In this document: in pieces, positions 7,552-18,136 of the stretch
Numbering within the stretch: the first letter of the stretch is position 1
Layout: each line of letters begins with the position of its first letter
DNA from: Thermoanaerobaculia bacterium
GTDB taxonomy: Bacteria; Acidobacteriota; Thermoanaerobaculia; Multivoradales; JBJKRB01
Reading direction: 5' to 3'
Assembly: GCA_046704885.1 (NCBI GenBank)
Contig: JBJKRB010000082.1
Location: 9,563-73,562 of the forward strand
DNA length: 64,000 nucleotides
Position numbers and translations under genes: made by a program
Notes under the pieces: generated by a model
Told to the model about the DNA's origin: nothing
Database searches by the model: none
The model's input: the letters and a program-made list of their open reading frames with translations, nothing else

Positions 7552-10500
7552 ATGTCAAACAAAGTCTTCCCCGAACTTCCCGCCGGCTATCCCTTCCCCC
7601 AGCTCGAGCGCGATGTCCTCGAGATCTGGCGCCGGGAGGAGGTATTCCAGGCAACGCTGGACAAGACGCGGAACGGAAGTCCTTTCGTCTTCTACGAGGG
7701 TCCACCAACAGCGAACAACGTCCCCCACGTCGGCCACGTCGTCACCCGTGTGGTCAAGGATCTCCTGCCTCGTTTCCAGACCATGAAGGGGCGCCACGTC
7801 CCGCGCAAGGCGGGCTGGGATACCCACGGCCTTCCGGTCGAGATCGAGGTCGAGAAGCGGCTCGGATTCACGGGCAAGGAGGACATCGAACGTTACGGCG
7901 TCGAGGCCTTCAATCGGATGTGCCTCGAGAGCGTCCACACCTACGAGCGCCAGTGGCGCGAGATGTCGGAGCGCGTCGGCTTCTGGATCGACTTCGACCA
8001 CGCTTACTTCACGTACCACAATACCTACATCGAATCCGTATGGTGGGCGCTCGAGAAGCTGTGGAAGGACGACCTGCTCTATGAGGGTTACAAGATCCAG
8101 CCCTACTGCGCACGCTGCGGCACGACGTTGTCGAGCCACGAGGTGGCACAGAACTATCGTGACACCGAAGATCCTTCGATCTGGGTCCGCTTCGCCCTGC
8201 GTCCAGGTCAGGACATTCAGACCACGAGCGGTGAGGCCTGGCCGGTTCCGGAGGGGGCCGACCTCGTCGCCTGGACGACGACTCCGTGGACGGTCCTCGC
8301 CAACGTCGCCCTGGCGGTGAATCCGGAGCTCACCTACCAAGCGGTGGAGGATCCGGCGGAGCCCAGTCGACTGTTGATCTTTGCCGAAAACCTCGGCGTT
8401 CCGGTACCGCTCGAGATCGAGGGAAAGGACGGGAAGCGCCGCCGCCTCGATCTTCGAGAGCAACCAGCGGCCGCGGTCTTTCCAGGCGCCTCCCTGGTCG
8501 GCCTGCGCTATGACCGCCCCTTCCACCTCCCCGCCGAGACCTCTCCGGAATCCTCGCCGGTCGACGACGATCGAGGGTACCTGGTCTTCGCCGGCGACTT
8601 CGTCACGGCCGACGACGGCACCGGAATTGTCCACCTCGCCACCTATGGAGAGGACGACTACAAGGTCATCAAAGCCCAGGATCTCCCGATCATCCCCTCG
8701 GTGGAGAGCGACGGAACGATCGTCGAGACCCCGGAAACCAGCGCCATTGGAGTGGCCGGCCGGTGGTTCAAGGAAGCCGATCGCGACATCGCTAGGGCCC
8801 TGCGCTCTTCCGGTCGATTGCTCCACCTCGATCAGCACAAGCACAGCTATCCGTTCTGTTGGCGCTGCGACCGTCCGCTTCTCTACTACCCGGCCAGGAG
8901 CTGGTTCATCCGCACGACGGCGGCGCGCGAGCGCCTGATCGAGCACAATCGGGAGATCTCCTGGCACCCCGAGCACATCGGAGAAGGCCGTTTCGGCAAA
9001 TGGCTGGAGAATGTCGTCGACTGGGCCTTGTCGCGCAAGCGCTACTGGGGCACCCCTCTCCCCGTCTGGCGTTGTACGGAGTGCGGCGAAATCGAGGTCG
9101 TGGGATCCTTCGCCGCCCTCTTCGCCAAGGCCGGCAAGGAGCTCCCCGAAGACCCCTACGACCGTGACCAGTTCGATCCGCATCGCCCCTTCGTGGATGC
9201 CGAGGCCGGGACCTTCGTCTGGTCCTGCGGCAGTTGCGGCGCCGGACGAATGGAGCGAGTGGAAGAGGTGATCGACGCCTGGTTCGACTCGGGCTCGATG
9301 CCCTACGCCCAGCACCACTATCCTTTCGAGAACGCCGAGGTCTTCGCGGCCGGCTTTCCCGCTGACTTCATCGCGGAGGCGATCGACCAGACCCGCGGGT
9401 GGTTTTACACCCTCCACACCCTGGGGGTGCTCCTCTTCGATTCCCTCGCCTACCGCAACTGCATCGTCCTCGGCCATGTCAACGACGAGGAAGGGCGGAA
9501 GATGTCGAAGCGCCTCGGCAACGTCGTCGACCCCATGAAGGTCATTCCCGAGACCGGCGCCGATGCCCTGCGCTGGTACTTCTACATCAACAACCCCGAG
9601 ATCACCTCGCGCTTCTCGAGTCGACTGGTCAGGGAGGCCGCGCAGTCATTCCTCATCCCGCTGTGGAACGCTCTCTCCTTCTTCTCGATCTACGCCAACA
9701 TCGATGGCTGGAGCCCCGCTGAGCGCGAAACCGATCGGGCGGAGCGCCCGGCCCTGGACCGCTGGATCCTCTCCCGACTAGATCAAACGGTCGAGGAGGT
9801 GGCACGTCAGCTCGAAGCCTTCTCCGTCGCCGAAGCGGCGCGGGCAATCGAGGGATTGGTCGACGACCTGACCAACTGGTACATCCGGCGCAGCCGCGAG
9901 CGTTTCTGGGCCGGCGAGAGTGACACCGGGGCCGATAAGGAAGGCGCCTATCGGACCCTCTTCGAAACCCTGTCGACCCTGGCGCGGGTCATCGCTCCCT
10001 TCACTCCCTTCTTGGCGGAGGTCATCCATCGCCACTTGGAGAGCGGGCGTGGCAACGCTCCCGTCACCTCGGTGCACCTCGAAGACTGGCCTCGTCCGCC
10101 CGCCGGCCGGATCGATGAGGCGCTCCTCCACGCCATGGCCGCGGTACAGCGCATCGTCAAGCTCGGACGGGCGGCACGCAACGCCCATGATCTGCGTACC
10201 CGGCAACCATTGGCCCGGGTCACCCTGGTCAGCGCCGATACGACCCTCCGCCGTGAGGTCGCGCCCTACCTCGACATCGTTCGCGATGAGCTCAACGTAC
10301 ATGCGATCGAATGGGCGGAGCGCCGCTCCGACTACGTGCGTCACGAGCTGCGCCCGGTCTTTCCCAAGCTCGGACCACGTTTCGGCAAGCGCATGCCGGC
10401 GCTCAAGGCGGCGCTCGAAGCTGCGGACGGAGATGCCCTGACCGAGGAGCTGGAGCAGCGCGGCACCGTCACGGTAGCGGTCGACGGAGAGTCCACCGAG

Positions 10501-10872
10501 CTCACGGCCGACGAGCTCGAGGTGCGTCTCATCGAGAGAGCCGGGGCCGCCACCGCCGCCGATCGCGAGACTCTCGTCGCCCTCGACGCCGAGCTCACGC
10601 CCGAGCTCATTGCAGAAGGCTGGGCGCGGGAGATCATCCACCGCATCCAGACGGCGCGGAAGGACGCCGGCCTGGACTACGCGGACCGCATCCGGGTGCG
10701 CTATCAAGCCTCGCCCGAGCTCGCACCGGCCATCGCGGCCCATACCGAGTGGATCATCAAGGAGACGCTCGCCGCGAGCCTCGAGGCCTCGAGCGAAACT
10801 GACGACTCCTGGACCGAGGGATCGATCGACGATCACGCGATCGCCCTTTCCATCGAACCGATCGAACAATAG
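7552..10872 (+). CDS. ileS: Isoleucine--tRNA ligase (type 2, eukaryote-like)
   Basis: PHVGHV (HIGH), KMSKRLGN (KMSKS), a large editing domain, and IleS-typical WHPEHIGEGRFGKWLEN. Start at ATG 7552 (MSNKVFPEL). Confidence 0.95.
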   Translation: MSNKVFPELPAGYPFPQLERDVLEIWRREEVFQATLDKTRNGSPFVFYEGPPTANNVPHVGHVVTRVVKDLLPRFQTMKGRHVPRKAGWDTHGLPVEIEVEKRLGFTGKEDIERYGVEAFNRMCLESVHTYERQWREMSERVGFWIDFDHAYFTYHNTYIESVWWALEKLWKDDLLYEGYKIQPYCARCGTTLSSHEVAQNYRDTEDPSIWVRFALRPGQDIQTTSGEAWPVPEGADLVAWTTTPWTVLANVALAVNPELTYQAVEDPAEPSRLLIFAENLGVPVPLEIEGKDGKRRRLDLREQPAAAVFPGASLVGLRYDRPFHLPAETSPESSPVDDDRGYLVFAGDFVTADDGTGIVHLATYGEDDYKVIKAQDLPIIPSVESDGTIVETPETSAIGVAGRWFKEADRDIARALRSSGRLLHLDQHKHSYPFCWRCDRPLLYYPARSWFIRTTAARERLIEHNREISWHPEHIGEGRFGKWLENVVDWALSRKRYWGTPLPVWRCTECGEIEVVGSFAALFAKAGKELPEDPYDRDQFDPHRPFVDAEAGTFVWSCGSCGAGRMERVEEVIDAWFDSGSMPYAQHHYPFENAEVFAAGFPADFIAEAIDQTRGWFYTLHTLGVLLFDSLAYRNCIVLGHVNDEEGRKMSKRLGNVVDPMKVIPETGADALRWYFYINNPEITSRFSSRLVREAAQSFLIPLWNALSFFSIYANIDGWSPAERETDRAERPALDRWILSRLDQTVEEVARQLEAFSVAEAARAIEGLVDDLTNWYIRRSRERFWAGESDTGADKEGAYRTLFETLSTLARVIAPFTPFLAEVIHRHLESGRGNAPVTSVHLEDWPRPPAGRIDEALLHAMAAVQRIVKLGRAARNAHDLRTRQPLARVTLVSADTTLRREVAPYLDIVRDELNVHAIEWAERRSDYVRHELRPVFPKLGPRFGKRMPALKAALEAADGDALTEELEQRGTVTVAVDGESTELTADELEVRLIERAGAATAADRETLVALDAELTPELIAEGWAREIIHRIQTARKDAGLDYADRIRVRYQASPELAPAIAAHTEWIIKETLAASLEASSETDDSWTEGSIDDHAIALSIEPIEQ

Positions 10873-10882
10873 AGGAACATCG

Positions 10883-12241
10883 ATGTCCGGAATCTTCAAG
10901 GCTTATGACGTCCGTGGAGTCTATCCGCAGGAGCTCAACGAAGAGACGGCTCGGAAGATCGGGCTCGCCTTCCACTTCGTTCTCACCGAAGAGGACCGGG
11001 CGGGAACGAACCGCGTCGTCGTCAGCCGCGACATGCGTTCGTCGAGCGACCCACTCGCCAAGGCTCTGATCGCCGGCCTCCTCGCCTCGGGTCTCGACGT
11101 CCTCGACATCGGGCTGGCAACGACGCCGATGAACTACTTCGCCATCGGATACTTTGGCGCCGCGGGCGGGATTCAGGTCACCGCCAGCCACAACCCGGCC
11201 CGCTACAACGGCTTCAAGTTCAGCCGACGCGAGGCGCGACCCGTCTCCGGCGACCATGGGATCCCTCTGCTCCAATCCAAGATCGAGGCCGGCGACCTCG
11301 CCGAGGCGGACCACCCGGGCAAGCTCGAGCACGGCGAGGTGTTCGCCGCCTACCGCGAGCACCTGCTCCCCTTCCTCGACCGCCCCGAAGGGGCGCGGCG
11401 GCTGAAGGTGGTCGTCGACGCGGGCAATGGCATGGGAACGCTCTATCGGCCCATTCTCGACGAGCTGGGAATCGAGCTCATCCCGCTCTACTTCGAGCTC
11501 GATGGCAACTTTCCGCACCATGAGGCCAACCCCCTGCGGCTGGAGAACCTGAGCGACCTGTGCAAGCGGGTGGAGCAAGTTTCCGCCGATCTCGGCGTCG
11601 CCTTCGACGGAGACGCGGACCGTGCTGCTTTCATCGACGAGCGCGGCGAGCCGGTGGGGAGCGATCTCGCCACCGCTCTGATCGCGGGCGAGCTCCTCCG
11701 CGACCATCCCGGGGCGGCGGTGCTCTACGATCTCCGCTCGTCGCATGCCGTTCCGGAAGCGATCCGCGCGGCGGGCGGCGAACCGGTCCGCGAACGGGTC
11801 GGCCATTCCTTCATGAAAGCCACCCTCCGCGCCAAGGAAGGAATCATGGGCGGTGAGCTCGCCGGGCACTACTACTTTCGCGATCACTCCTACGCCGACT
11901 GCGCCCTGCTCGCGATGATCGAGATGCTCAATCTTCTCTGGCGCAAGGGCAAGCCGCTCTCCGAGCTGGTCGCTCCGCTCGAGCACTATGCCAAGAGTCC
12001 TGAGATCAACTTCGAGGTCGCGGACAAGCAAGCGAAGATCCAGGACCTCGCCGAGCGTTACGCCGACGGCAAGATCGACTACCTCGACGGCATCACCGTG
12101 GAGTACCCGGATTGGTGGTTCAACGTCCGCCCCTCGAATACGGAGCCCTTCCTCCGCCTCGTTCTTGAAGCGGAGACGTCGGAGTCTCTCCACCACCATC
12201 GGCGCGAGCTCGAAGCCATTCTCGGCACCCCAGCGCACTAG
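10883..12241 (+). CDS. Phosphomannomutase/phosphoglucomutase (alpha-D-phosphohexomutase family)
   Basis: Active-site TASHNPARYNGFK and metal-binding DGDADR; start ATG 10883 preceded by agaggaa. Confidence 0.9.
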   Translation: MSGIFKAYDVRGVYPQELNEETARKIGLAFHFVLTEEDRAGTNRVVVSRDMRSSSDPLAKALIAGLLASGLDVLDIGLATTPMNYFAIGYFGAAGGIQVTASHNPARYNGFKFSRREARPVSGDHGIPLLQSKIEAGDLAEADHPGKLEHGEVFAAYREHLLPFLDRPEGARRLKVVVDAGNGMGTLYRPILDELGIELIPLYFELDGNFPHHEANPLRLENLSDLCKRVEQVSADLGVAFDGDADRAAFIDERGEPVGSDLATALIAGELLRDHPGAAVLYDLRSSHAVPEAIRAAGGEPVRERVGHSFMKATLRAKEGIMGGELAGHYYFRDHSYADCALLAMIEMLNLLWRKGKPLSELVAPLEHYAKSPEINFEVADKQAKIQDLAERYADGKIDYLDGITVEYPDWWFNVRPSNTEPFLRLVLEAETSESLHHHRRELEAILGTPAH

Positions 12242-12338
12242 CGCGGGCTTGGAGGTCGGAACGGAACCGCGAGAGGACCCGCCCCGGTCCCTGGGAGCCT
12301 TCGCCTCTCCTGACCCTCGCCGCTGCTAAGATTTCCGT

Positions 12339-13031
12339 GTGCAAATCCACCTGGTTGCATTCGCTTCCGCCGCCCAGGCCGTGGGCGGGGCCGAGCAAGA
12401 GCTCGAAATCCCCGCAGGCTCCTCGGTAGGCGACCTCCGCGCGCTCCTGGTCGAGCGTTTTCCCTCCCTCGGCCCGCTCATGGGTCAGTTGGCGATCGGC
12501 GTCGACGACGAGATTTGCGGCGATGACCCAGTGCTCGTGGAGGGCTGCGAGGTTGCTCTGCTGCCCCCGGTCTCGGGGGGCACGCCAACAGAGACCCTCG
12601 CCTCAAGCTGGCTCACGGACGCACCCATCGCGATCAGCGAGGTGCTCGCTCTCGTACGCCACCCCGGCGCGGGAGCCATCGTCACCTTCGTCGGCACGGC
12701 ACGAGCGTCCAGCGCCGGCGAGGCGGTACGAGAGCTCGACTATTCGGCTTACCGGCCGCTCGCGGACCGGGCGCTGGAGAGGATCGTCGAGTCGATCACG
12801 AAAGGGACTCCGGGGCTAAGGTTAGCCATCCATCATCGCTTGGGGCGAGTCGCCGTCGGAGAGGTCAGCGTGGTGATCGCCGCCAGCTCGGCCCATCGCG
12901 AACCCGCCTTCCGCGCCTCTCGCCTTGCCCTCGAGCGCATCAAGTCCCAGGTTCCGATCTGGAAGCGAGAGCTCCTTGCGGGAGGCGCGAGCCGTTGGCC
13001 CTCCGGCGAGCCACTGCGGCCCAACTCCTGA
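12339..13031 (+). CDS. Fused molybdopterin synthase MoaD-MoaE (MoaX-like)
   Basis: The N-terminal ~80 aa form a ubiquitin-like MoaD ending ...LLPPVSGG. The MoaE domain follows directly, with IHHRLGRVAVGEVSVVIAASSAHR. GTG start. Confidence 0.85.
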   Translation: MQIHLVAFASAAQAVGGAEQELEIPAGSSVGDLRALLVERFPSLGPLMGQLAIGVDDEICGDDPVLVEGCEVALLPPVSGGTPTETLASSWLTDAPIAISEVLALVRHPGAGAIVTFVGTARASSAGEAVRELDYSAYRPLADRALERIVESITKGTPGLRLAIHHRLGRVAVGEVSVVIAASSAHREPAFRASRLALERIKSQVPIWKRELLAGGASRWPSGEPLRPNS

Positions 13032-13044
13032 GCAAGCCCGCGCT

Positions 13045-14475
13045 TCAGTCCCCCGGGCCCGCGTTTCCGCCACTCGTGGCGGCCCCCTGTACGCCCGTCG
13101 AGATTTCGTCTTCGAGAGTGAACGGCTTGGGAATCTGCGACTCGAGCCAAGAGCGAAAGTACGTGTGGAGCTGACTCCAGCTCGTACCCAGGGCCTCGAC
13201 GAGAGCATCGCCGGTTGCGGGGCCACCGCTCGCGATCTCGCGCAGAAAACGTTGGAGGCCTTCTCTCGGGTGAACCGCATGCCCGGGCATTACCGGCCCG
13301 GTGGCAAGACAGCGGAACAATAGCCCAGCCTGACGGTAGTGCTCCGCCGCGCTCGGCGCCGCCACAAAGCTTCGCCAATCCATGGTGGTAAGGCGAATCA
13401 AGCTCGGCGCCTCGGCTGAATGCATCTGCTTGGCGAGCAGGAGCACGCCCGCCTGCGCGCCCATCAAGGTCCTGCGTTTGCCGCTCACGGTCACGACTCC
13501 CGCCAGCGCGTTCCCGTCAATCGTTCCCATCGGTGTAATACGGGAGGATGCCATATCCTCCGCCATGCCTTCGTTGATCCAGGGTGGGAGCGCCGGCCCC
13601 AGGCCGCGGCGATTGAGGAGGTGGGTGATCTCATGCACCAGGGTCGCCTCGAGCTCGCTGCGGTTGTGGCCCTCGGCGTAGAGCGCTACGAGGCCGGGCA
13701 CCTCGGTGCCTTCCGGTCTCAATCCGCGCAGCCGAGGATCGGACCGGTTGAAGGCTTCGAACTCTTTCTTGAGAGCGAAGATCACGATCGTCGCCTTGGG
13801 CGTCCCCACCGGATTCAACCCGTAGCGCTCTCGATAGAGCGGCTCGATCTGACCTACGAGCCGATCGAGCGCTGCAAGGAGTCCCGGCTGCTCGAAGTCC
13901 GTAACCAAGGGGTATGGCCCCAATCGACTTCGTCTGGGAGGGTTGACCATCTGTGCTTCGGCGGCTCTCAGCAACGCCGGAGGCGCGGCGATCCCAGCGA
14001 GAGGGTGGGGAGGCATCGGCTCCTCGCCGAGGGGCGGCGGAGCGCCTGAATCCCGGGGACCGACGCGCACCCACCCGCGCCTTCCACCCGGCCGTACCTC
14101 CACCCAGTCGCCTTCCCGCTTGAGATATGGCAGCACGTAGTAGCGATCGAGGCGGGCGATCAGAGGGGCGCTCGGCGAGGGGCGAGTGCGCAGCGCGGAC
14201 CCGGGCTTGAGATGCGCATACGGGTGAACGTCGAGAGCCGCGGCGGGTGGGGGCACCACGACGATGGATACTTGAGAGGAAGGGAGTGGCGCCGGCGGTC
14301 CCGGGGAGCGGTAGGAGTCCTGGAATTCGCTCGCCAGCCTCCCGACGACGGGCCACGTCCTCATCCGCGTCAGCCAGGCGCTGTCCGGGTTGTGCGAGAA
14401 GTAGGCCACCGCTCCCAGGGCGGCGAGGATCACGACGATCAAGAGCCAGGCGAAGAGACCGCGACGCATCGTCAA
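13045..14475 (-). CDS. Membrane-anchored putative zinc metalloprotease (peptidase MA-like, HExxH ... NEGxAE) with Pro-rich linker
   Basis: N-terminal TM helix, Pro-rich segments, and VHEITHLLN...WINEGMAEDMAS resembling the Peptidase_MA_2 motif. Confidence 0.55.
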   Translation of the reverse strand: MTMRRGLFAWLLIVVILAALGAVAYFSHNPDSAWLTRMRTWPVVGRLASEFQDSYRSPGPPAPLPSSQVSIVVVPPPAAALDVHPYAHLKPGSALRTRPSPSAPLIARLDRYYVLPYLKREGDWVEVRPGGRRGWVRVGPRDSGAPPPLGEEPMPPHPLAGIAAPPALLRAAEAQMVNPPRRSRLGPYPLVTDFEQPGLLAALDRLVGQIEPLYRERYGLNPVGTPKATIVIFALKKEFEAFNRSDPRLRGLRPEGTEVPGLVALYAEGHNRSELEATLVHEITHLLNRRGLGPALPPWINEGMAEDMASSRITPMGTIDGNALAGVVTVSGKRRTLMGAQAGVLLLAKQMHSAEAPSLIRLTTMDWRSFVAAPSAAEHYRQAGLLFRCLATGPVMPGHAVHPREGLQRFLREIASGGPATGDALVEALGTSWSQLHTYFRSWLESQIPKPFTLEDEISTGVQGAATSGGNAGPGD

Positions 14476-14508
14476 AATGCTATGTCATGCGCCCCTGGAA
14501 CGGCAAAG

Positions 14509-14531
14509 GCCCCGCGCAACGCGGGGCCTCG
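14509..14531 (-). terminator. Candidate rho-independent terminator downstream of the cox operon (stem ggccccgcg/cgcggggcc, loop caa)
   Basis: Perfect 9-bp inverted repeat located 35-57 nt past the coxIV stop on the transcribed strand, followed by a short U-rich stretch (tttgccgtt). Confidence 0.45.
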
Positions 14532-14565
14532 AGCAACCGGGTTGATTTCGTTTCGCGACCGGAAG

Positions 14566-14865
14566 CTATTTTCCCGGAACCCCCAGCATCCCTCGAGTGA
14601 GGATGTCGGCGAGCGTCAGGGCGATGAAGATGCAGAGCCAGAAGATCCCAGCGCCGAAAACCAAGGGATTCATCCTCGCGCTGTACCGAAGGTGCATGAA
14701 GAACAGCGCGACCAGGCTCGCTTTGATGATCGCGATTCCTATCGCCACAACGTTGTTGAACACACCCAGGTCAACGTAAGCGATGAGCGCGGTCGCCACG
14801 GTGAGTACGATCAGGGTGAAGAAGATCGCTACGTAAACGCGGACGGGAACGACGTGGTCGGTCAT
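14566..14865 (-). CDS. ctaF: Cytochrome c oxidase subunit IV (prokaryotic CtaF/CoxD-like small membrane subunit)
   Basis: 99 aa, 3 predicted TM helices; it sits immediately after cox III in the operon. Confidence 0.65.
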   Translation of the reverse strand: MTDHVVPVRVYVAIFFTLIVLTVATALIAYVDLGVFNNVVAIGIAIIKASLVALFFMHLRYSARMNPLVFGAGIFWLCIFIALTLADILTRGMLGVPGK

Positions 14866-14885
14866 GATCTAGGTCCCAGAAGGTA

Positions 14886-15530
14886 TCAACCGTGGCGGTG
14901 TATCAAGTAGAGCAACGGAAATAGGAAGATCCAGATGATGTCTACGAAGTGCCAATAGAGACCCATCCCTTCGACGAAGTTGTAGTTCTTTTGAGTGTAT
15001 TTCCCCCGCCCCGCCATGATAAACACGAACAGCAACACGCACTCTCCGACGATCATATGGAAGGCGTGGAGGCCCGTCATGCCGAAGTAAAACCAGAAGA
15101 AAAGCTCCGTGTGATGAGCGAAGTTCGAGGTGCTGCTCCCGTCGAAGGAGTAGCCCGCGCCGGGAAGGTGATGCTCCGACCAAGCGTGGTGGTATTCGTA
15201 TCCCTTGATGCCGAGAAACGCGAGGCCCAGAACCATGGTCAGGACGATGAAGAGCTGAATCAATCTCTTCTTGCCGAGCTGCGCCGAGCGCACGGCCAGC
15301 GCCATGGTCAAGCTGCTGCAGATGAGAACCGCCGTATTGATCGTTCCGAGCACGATCTCGAGGTCGTGACTCCCCGCCGCGAAGGCGTGAGGAAACCGGG
15401 TGCGGTACACGGTGTAGCCGGTAAACAGGCCACCGAAGAAAAGCACTTCCGTCACCAGGAAGAGCCACATGCCGAGATTCGCGGAATCCCGTTGCTGGGC
15501 GAAGCTATCGAAGTGATGCGCTGGTTCCAT
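14886..15530 (-). CDS. ctaE: Cytochrome c oxidase subunit III
   Basis: COX3 hallmarks GMWLFLVTEVLFFGGLF and LYWHFVDIIWIFLFPLLYL. Start at the internal ATG (MEPAHHF). Confidence 0.9.
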   Translation of the reverse strand: MEPAHHFDSFAQQRDSANLGMWLFLVTEVLFFGGLFTGYTVYRTRFPHAFAAGSHDLEIVLGTINTAVLICSSLTMALAVRSAQLGKKRLIQLFIVLTMVLGLAFLGIKGYEYHHAWSEHHLPGAGYSFDGSSTSNFAHHTELFFWFYFGMTGLHAFHMIVGECVLLFVFIMAGRGKYTQKNYNFVEGMGLYWHFVDIIWIFLFPLLYLIHRHG

Positions 15531-15540
15531 GGTTCGGGGC

Positions 15541-17172
15541 TCAGGCAACTTTCGTCTCCTGGTATCGAGATGCGTAGTCATACGCCTCATGGGTCACAAC
15601 CGGGGGCGTTAGGAAGTTCTCTGGCGGCGGTGGCGAGCTCGTCTCCCACTCCAGTCCCACCGCTCCCCACGGGTTCTCGCTACAGACCTGACCGTAGCGC
15701 ATCGACCAGATGAAGTAGACGAGCGGCATGAGGTAGCCGATGCCGAGGATGCTTGCCCCCGCCGATGACAGGACTTGCAGCACCTGGAACTGAGGGGGAT
15801 AGGCCTGGTAGCGGCGAGGCATGCCCAGGTACCCGAGGATGAACTGGGGGAAGAAGGTCAAATTGAAACCGATGAAGATGACCAGGGCCGAAATCTTGGA
15901 CCAGAAGCGGGGGTACATTCGCCCGGTAATCTTCGGCCACCAGAAGTGCAGGCCGCCGAGATACCCCATGATCGCTCCACCGACCATGATGTAGTGGAAG
16001 TGCGCCACCACGAAATAGGTAGCGTGAACGTGGACGTCGATGCTCATCGTCGCGAGCATCACTCCGGTCAGTCCACCGATCGTAAAGAGGCCGATGAAGC
16101 CCATCGCGTAGAGCATCGGCGTGTCCCAGGCGATCGATCCCTTGTGCATCGTCGCCGTCCAGTTGAATACCTTGATGGCCGAAGGAACGGCGACCAGCAT
16201 GCTCAACAGCGAGAACATCGTCGAGGCGTACACCGACTGCCCGGCGACGAACATGTGATGGCCCCAGACCAGAAAGCCCAGAACCGCGATCCCGATGGTG
16301 GACAGCACCACCACCGTATAGCCGAATAATCGATGGCGGGAGAAGGCGGTAACGATTTCGCTGACCACCCCCATGGCCGGCAAGATCATGATGTAGACCG
16401 CCGGATGGGAGTAGAACCAGAAGAAGTGCTGAAAGAGCACCGGATCACCGCCTAGCGCCGGATCGAAGATTCCGACGTGGACGATCCGCTCGGCCGCGAC
16501 GAGCAGAAGGGTAATCGCCAGCACCGGGGTGCCGAGCACGAAGATCATGCTGGTGGCGTAGTGCGCCCAGACGAACAGCGGCAGTCGCGACCACTTCATC
16601 CCCGGCGCGCGCAGGCGATGGATCGTGGTGATGAAGTTGATGCCGGTCAGAATCGAAGAGAAGCCGGCGATGAAGATGCCGAACGCCGCCGCGGTCACGT
16701 AGCCGTTCGAGTAGGCGGTGCTGTAGGGAGCGTAGAAGGTCCAGCCGGTGTCTATTCCGCCGTGAATGATCGCCCACAAGGTAAAGCTCCCGCCGAGGTT
16801 GAAGAGGTACCAACTGGCGAGGTTGAGCTTGGGGAAGGCGACGTCCTTGGCGCCGATCATCAGCGGGATCAAGAAGTTGCCCAGTACCGCCGGGATCGAC
16901 GGGATCAAGAAGAAGAAGATCATCGTGATCCCGTGCATGGTGAACAGGCGGTTGTAGATGTCCGGCTTGACCAGGTCGCCCTGCGGGGTCAGGAGCTCGA
17001 TGCGGATCAGCAAGGCCATCAAGCTGCCAATGGCGAAGAAGAAGGTCACCGAGATCAGATAGAGGATTCCGATCCGTTTGTGGTCCCTGGTGGTGAGCCA
17101 AGACCACAGGCCATACTTCACGTTGAGGTAGTTGACCGGTGGTTCGAGCGTGGTACCCGAGGTTGTGCTCAT
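15541..17172 (-). CDS. ctaD: Cytochrome c oxidase subunit I (heme-copper oxidase catalytic subunit)
   Basis: 543 aa, 12-TM; GHPEVYILILP-like motif ([11 protein letters not shown]), WAHHMF-like (WGHHMFVAG) and HFHYIM. Confidence 0.95.
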   Translation of the reverse strand: MSTTSGTTLEPPVNYLNVKYGLWSWLTTRDHKRIGILYLISVTFFFAIGSLMALLIRIELLTPQGDLVKPDIYNRLFTMHGITMIFFFLIPSIPAVLGNFLIPLMIGAKDVAFPKLNLASWYLFNLGGSFTLWAIIHGGIDTGWTFYAPYSTAYSNGYVTAAAFGIFIAGFSSILTGINFITTIHRLRAPGMKWSRLPLFVWAHYATSMIFVLGTPVLAITLLLVAAERIVHVGIFDPALGGDPVLFQHFFWFYSHPAVYIMILPAMGVVSEIVTAFSRHRLFGYTVVVLSTIGIAVLGFLVWGHHMFVAGQSVYASTMFSLLSMLVAVPSAIKVFNWTATMHKGSIAWDTPMLYAMGFIGLFTIGGLTGVMLATMSIDVHVHATYFVVAHFHYIMVGGAIMGYLGGLHFWWPKITGRMYPRFWSKISALVIFIGFNLTFFPQFILGYLGMPRRYQAYPPQFQVLQVLSSAGASILGIGYLMPLVYFIWSMRYGQVCSENPWGAVGLEWETSSPPPPENFLTPPVVTHEAYDYASRYQETKVA

Positions 17173-17173
17173 C

Positions 17174-18133
17174 TTAGCTGCCGCCTTTCGCCGCCGCCGA
17201 TCCAGTCGGCTTCAGAGACTTGATGTAGCTGACCAGCTGTTCGAGCTGGCCGGGCGAGATCTGGCCCTTGAACAAGGGCATGATGGGCTGATATCCCTTG
17301 ACCACCTGGGCTTGGGAATTGAGGATCGATTGACGTATGTAGTTCTCGTCCGCCACGACGGTGCTTCCGTCCTCGAGCTGGACTTTGCGGCCCAGAAGGC
17401 CGTTGAGGATTGGCGCCCGCGCGGCTGAATCCGAACGGTGGCAGGTGCTGCAGGCAAACGTGGTCGTAAAGAGCGTCTCGCCGCTCGCCGCCGGCTGCTC
17501 GGCGGGCGCCGTGCCCTTGAGCCACTTCTGGTAGTCAGCCGGGGTCATGACGATGACCTTCCCGATCATCCGTGAGTGCTCGGCGCCACAGTACTGAGCG
17601 CAGAAGAGGTGGTAGGTGCCGAGCTTCGTCGCCTTGAACCAAGTCGTGGTGTAGCGATCAGGAAGCACGTCCGCCTTGATCCGGAAGGCGGGGACGAAGA
17701 AGCTGTGGATGACGTCCTGCGACGTCATGTTGAGCCGGATCGCCTTGCCCAGTGGAACGTGTACCTCGTCGATCTCCCGGTTTCCTTCCGGATGCTGGAT
17801 CTTCCACATCCACTGCTTGGCAACGACCTGGAATTCGATCGCGTTCGAGGGCGGCCGCTCTTCCTCGAAGTAGAGCTTGGTGCCCCACACGAACAGAACG
17901 AGCATGATCGCCAGCGGGATCACGGACCAGGTGAACTCGAGCCAAAGGGATCCCTTCTCTGGTATTCCCACCTCATCCGGCGAACGGCGACGGTAGCGGA
18001 TCCCGAAATAGATGATCAGTACCGCGATCAGCGTCGCAAAGAAGACCGAGACGATCAGCGCGAAGAAGAAGACGTGATCGACCTTGCCGGCCAGGCTCGA
18101 TGCCTCGGGGGGAAATAGAGGTAGGTTCGGCAT
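17174..18133 (-). CDS. ctaC: Cytochrome c oxidase subunit II with C-terminal cytochrome c domain (caa3-type)
   Basis: CuA site HSFFVPAF...[14 protein letters not shown]-terminal CSTCH heme c motif makes it caa3-type. Confidence 0.9.
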   Translation of the reverse strand: MPNLPLFPPEASSLAGKVDHVFFFALIVSVFFATLIAVLIIYFGIRYRRRSPDEVGIPEKGSLWLEFTWSVIPLAIMLVLFVWGTKLYFEEERPPSNAIEFQVVAKQWMWKIQHPEGNREIDEVHVPLGKAIRLNMTSQDVIHSFFVPAFRIKADVLPDRYTTTWFKATKLGTYHLFCAQYCGAEHSRMIGKVIVMTPADYQKWLKGTAPAEQPAASGETLFTTTFACSTCHRSDSAARAPILNGLLGRKVQLEDGSTVVADENYIRQSILNSQAQVVKGYQPIMPLFKGQISPGQLEQLVSYIKSLKPTGSAAAKGGS

Positions 18134-18136
18134 AGT

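Noticed and set aside
7555-9477. 640-aa ORF antisense to ileS (and similar long antisense ORFs at 10757-12238, 22117-23370, 23313-24596, 19479-20981, 55462-57129, 57218-58489, 47478-48086, 62813-63820, 1637-2728)
   Set aside because: The sense-strand proteins carry unambiguous family motifs (KMSKS, SHNP, CxxCH, etc.). Antisense frames are low-complexity Arg/Pro/Gly-rich, as expected from stop-codon depletion in 68% GC DNA.
12242-12338. Possible Moco riboswitch upstream of moaD-moaE
   Set aside because: Only 97 nt of intergenic space and no recognizable conserved Moco-motif stems. Not supportable by eye.
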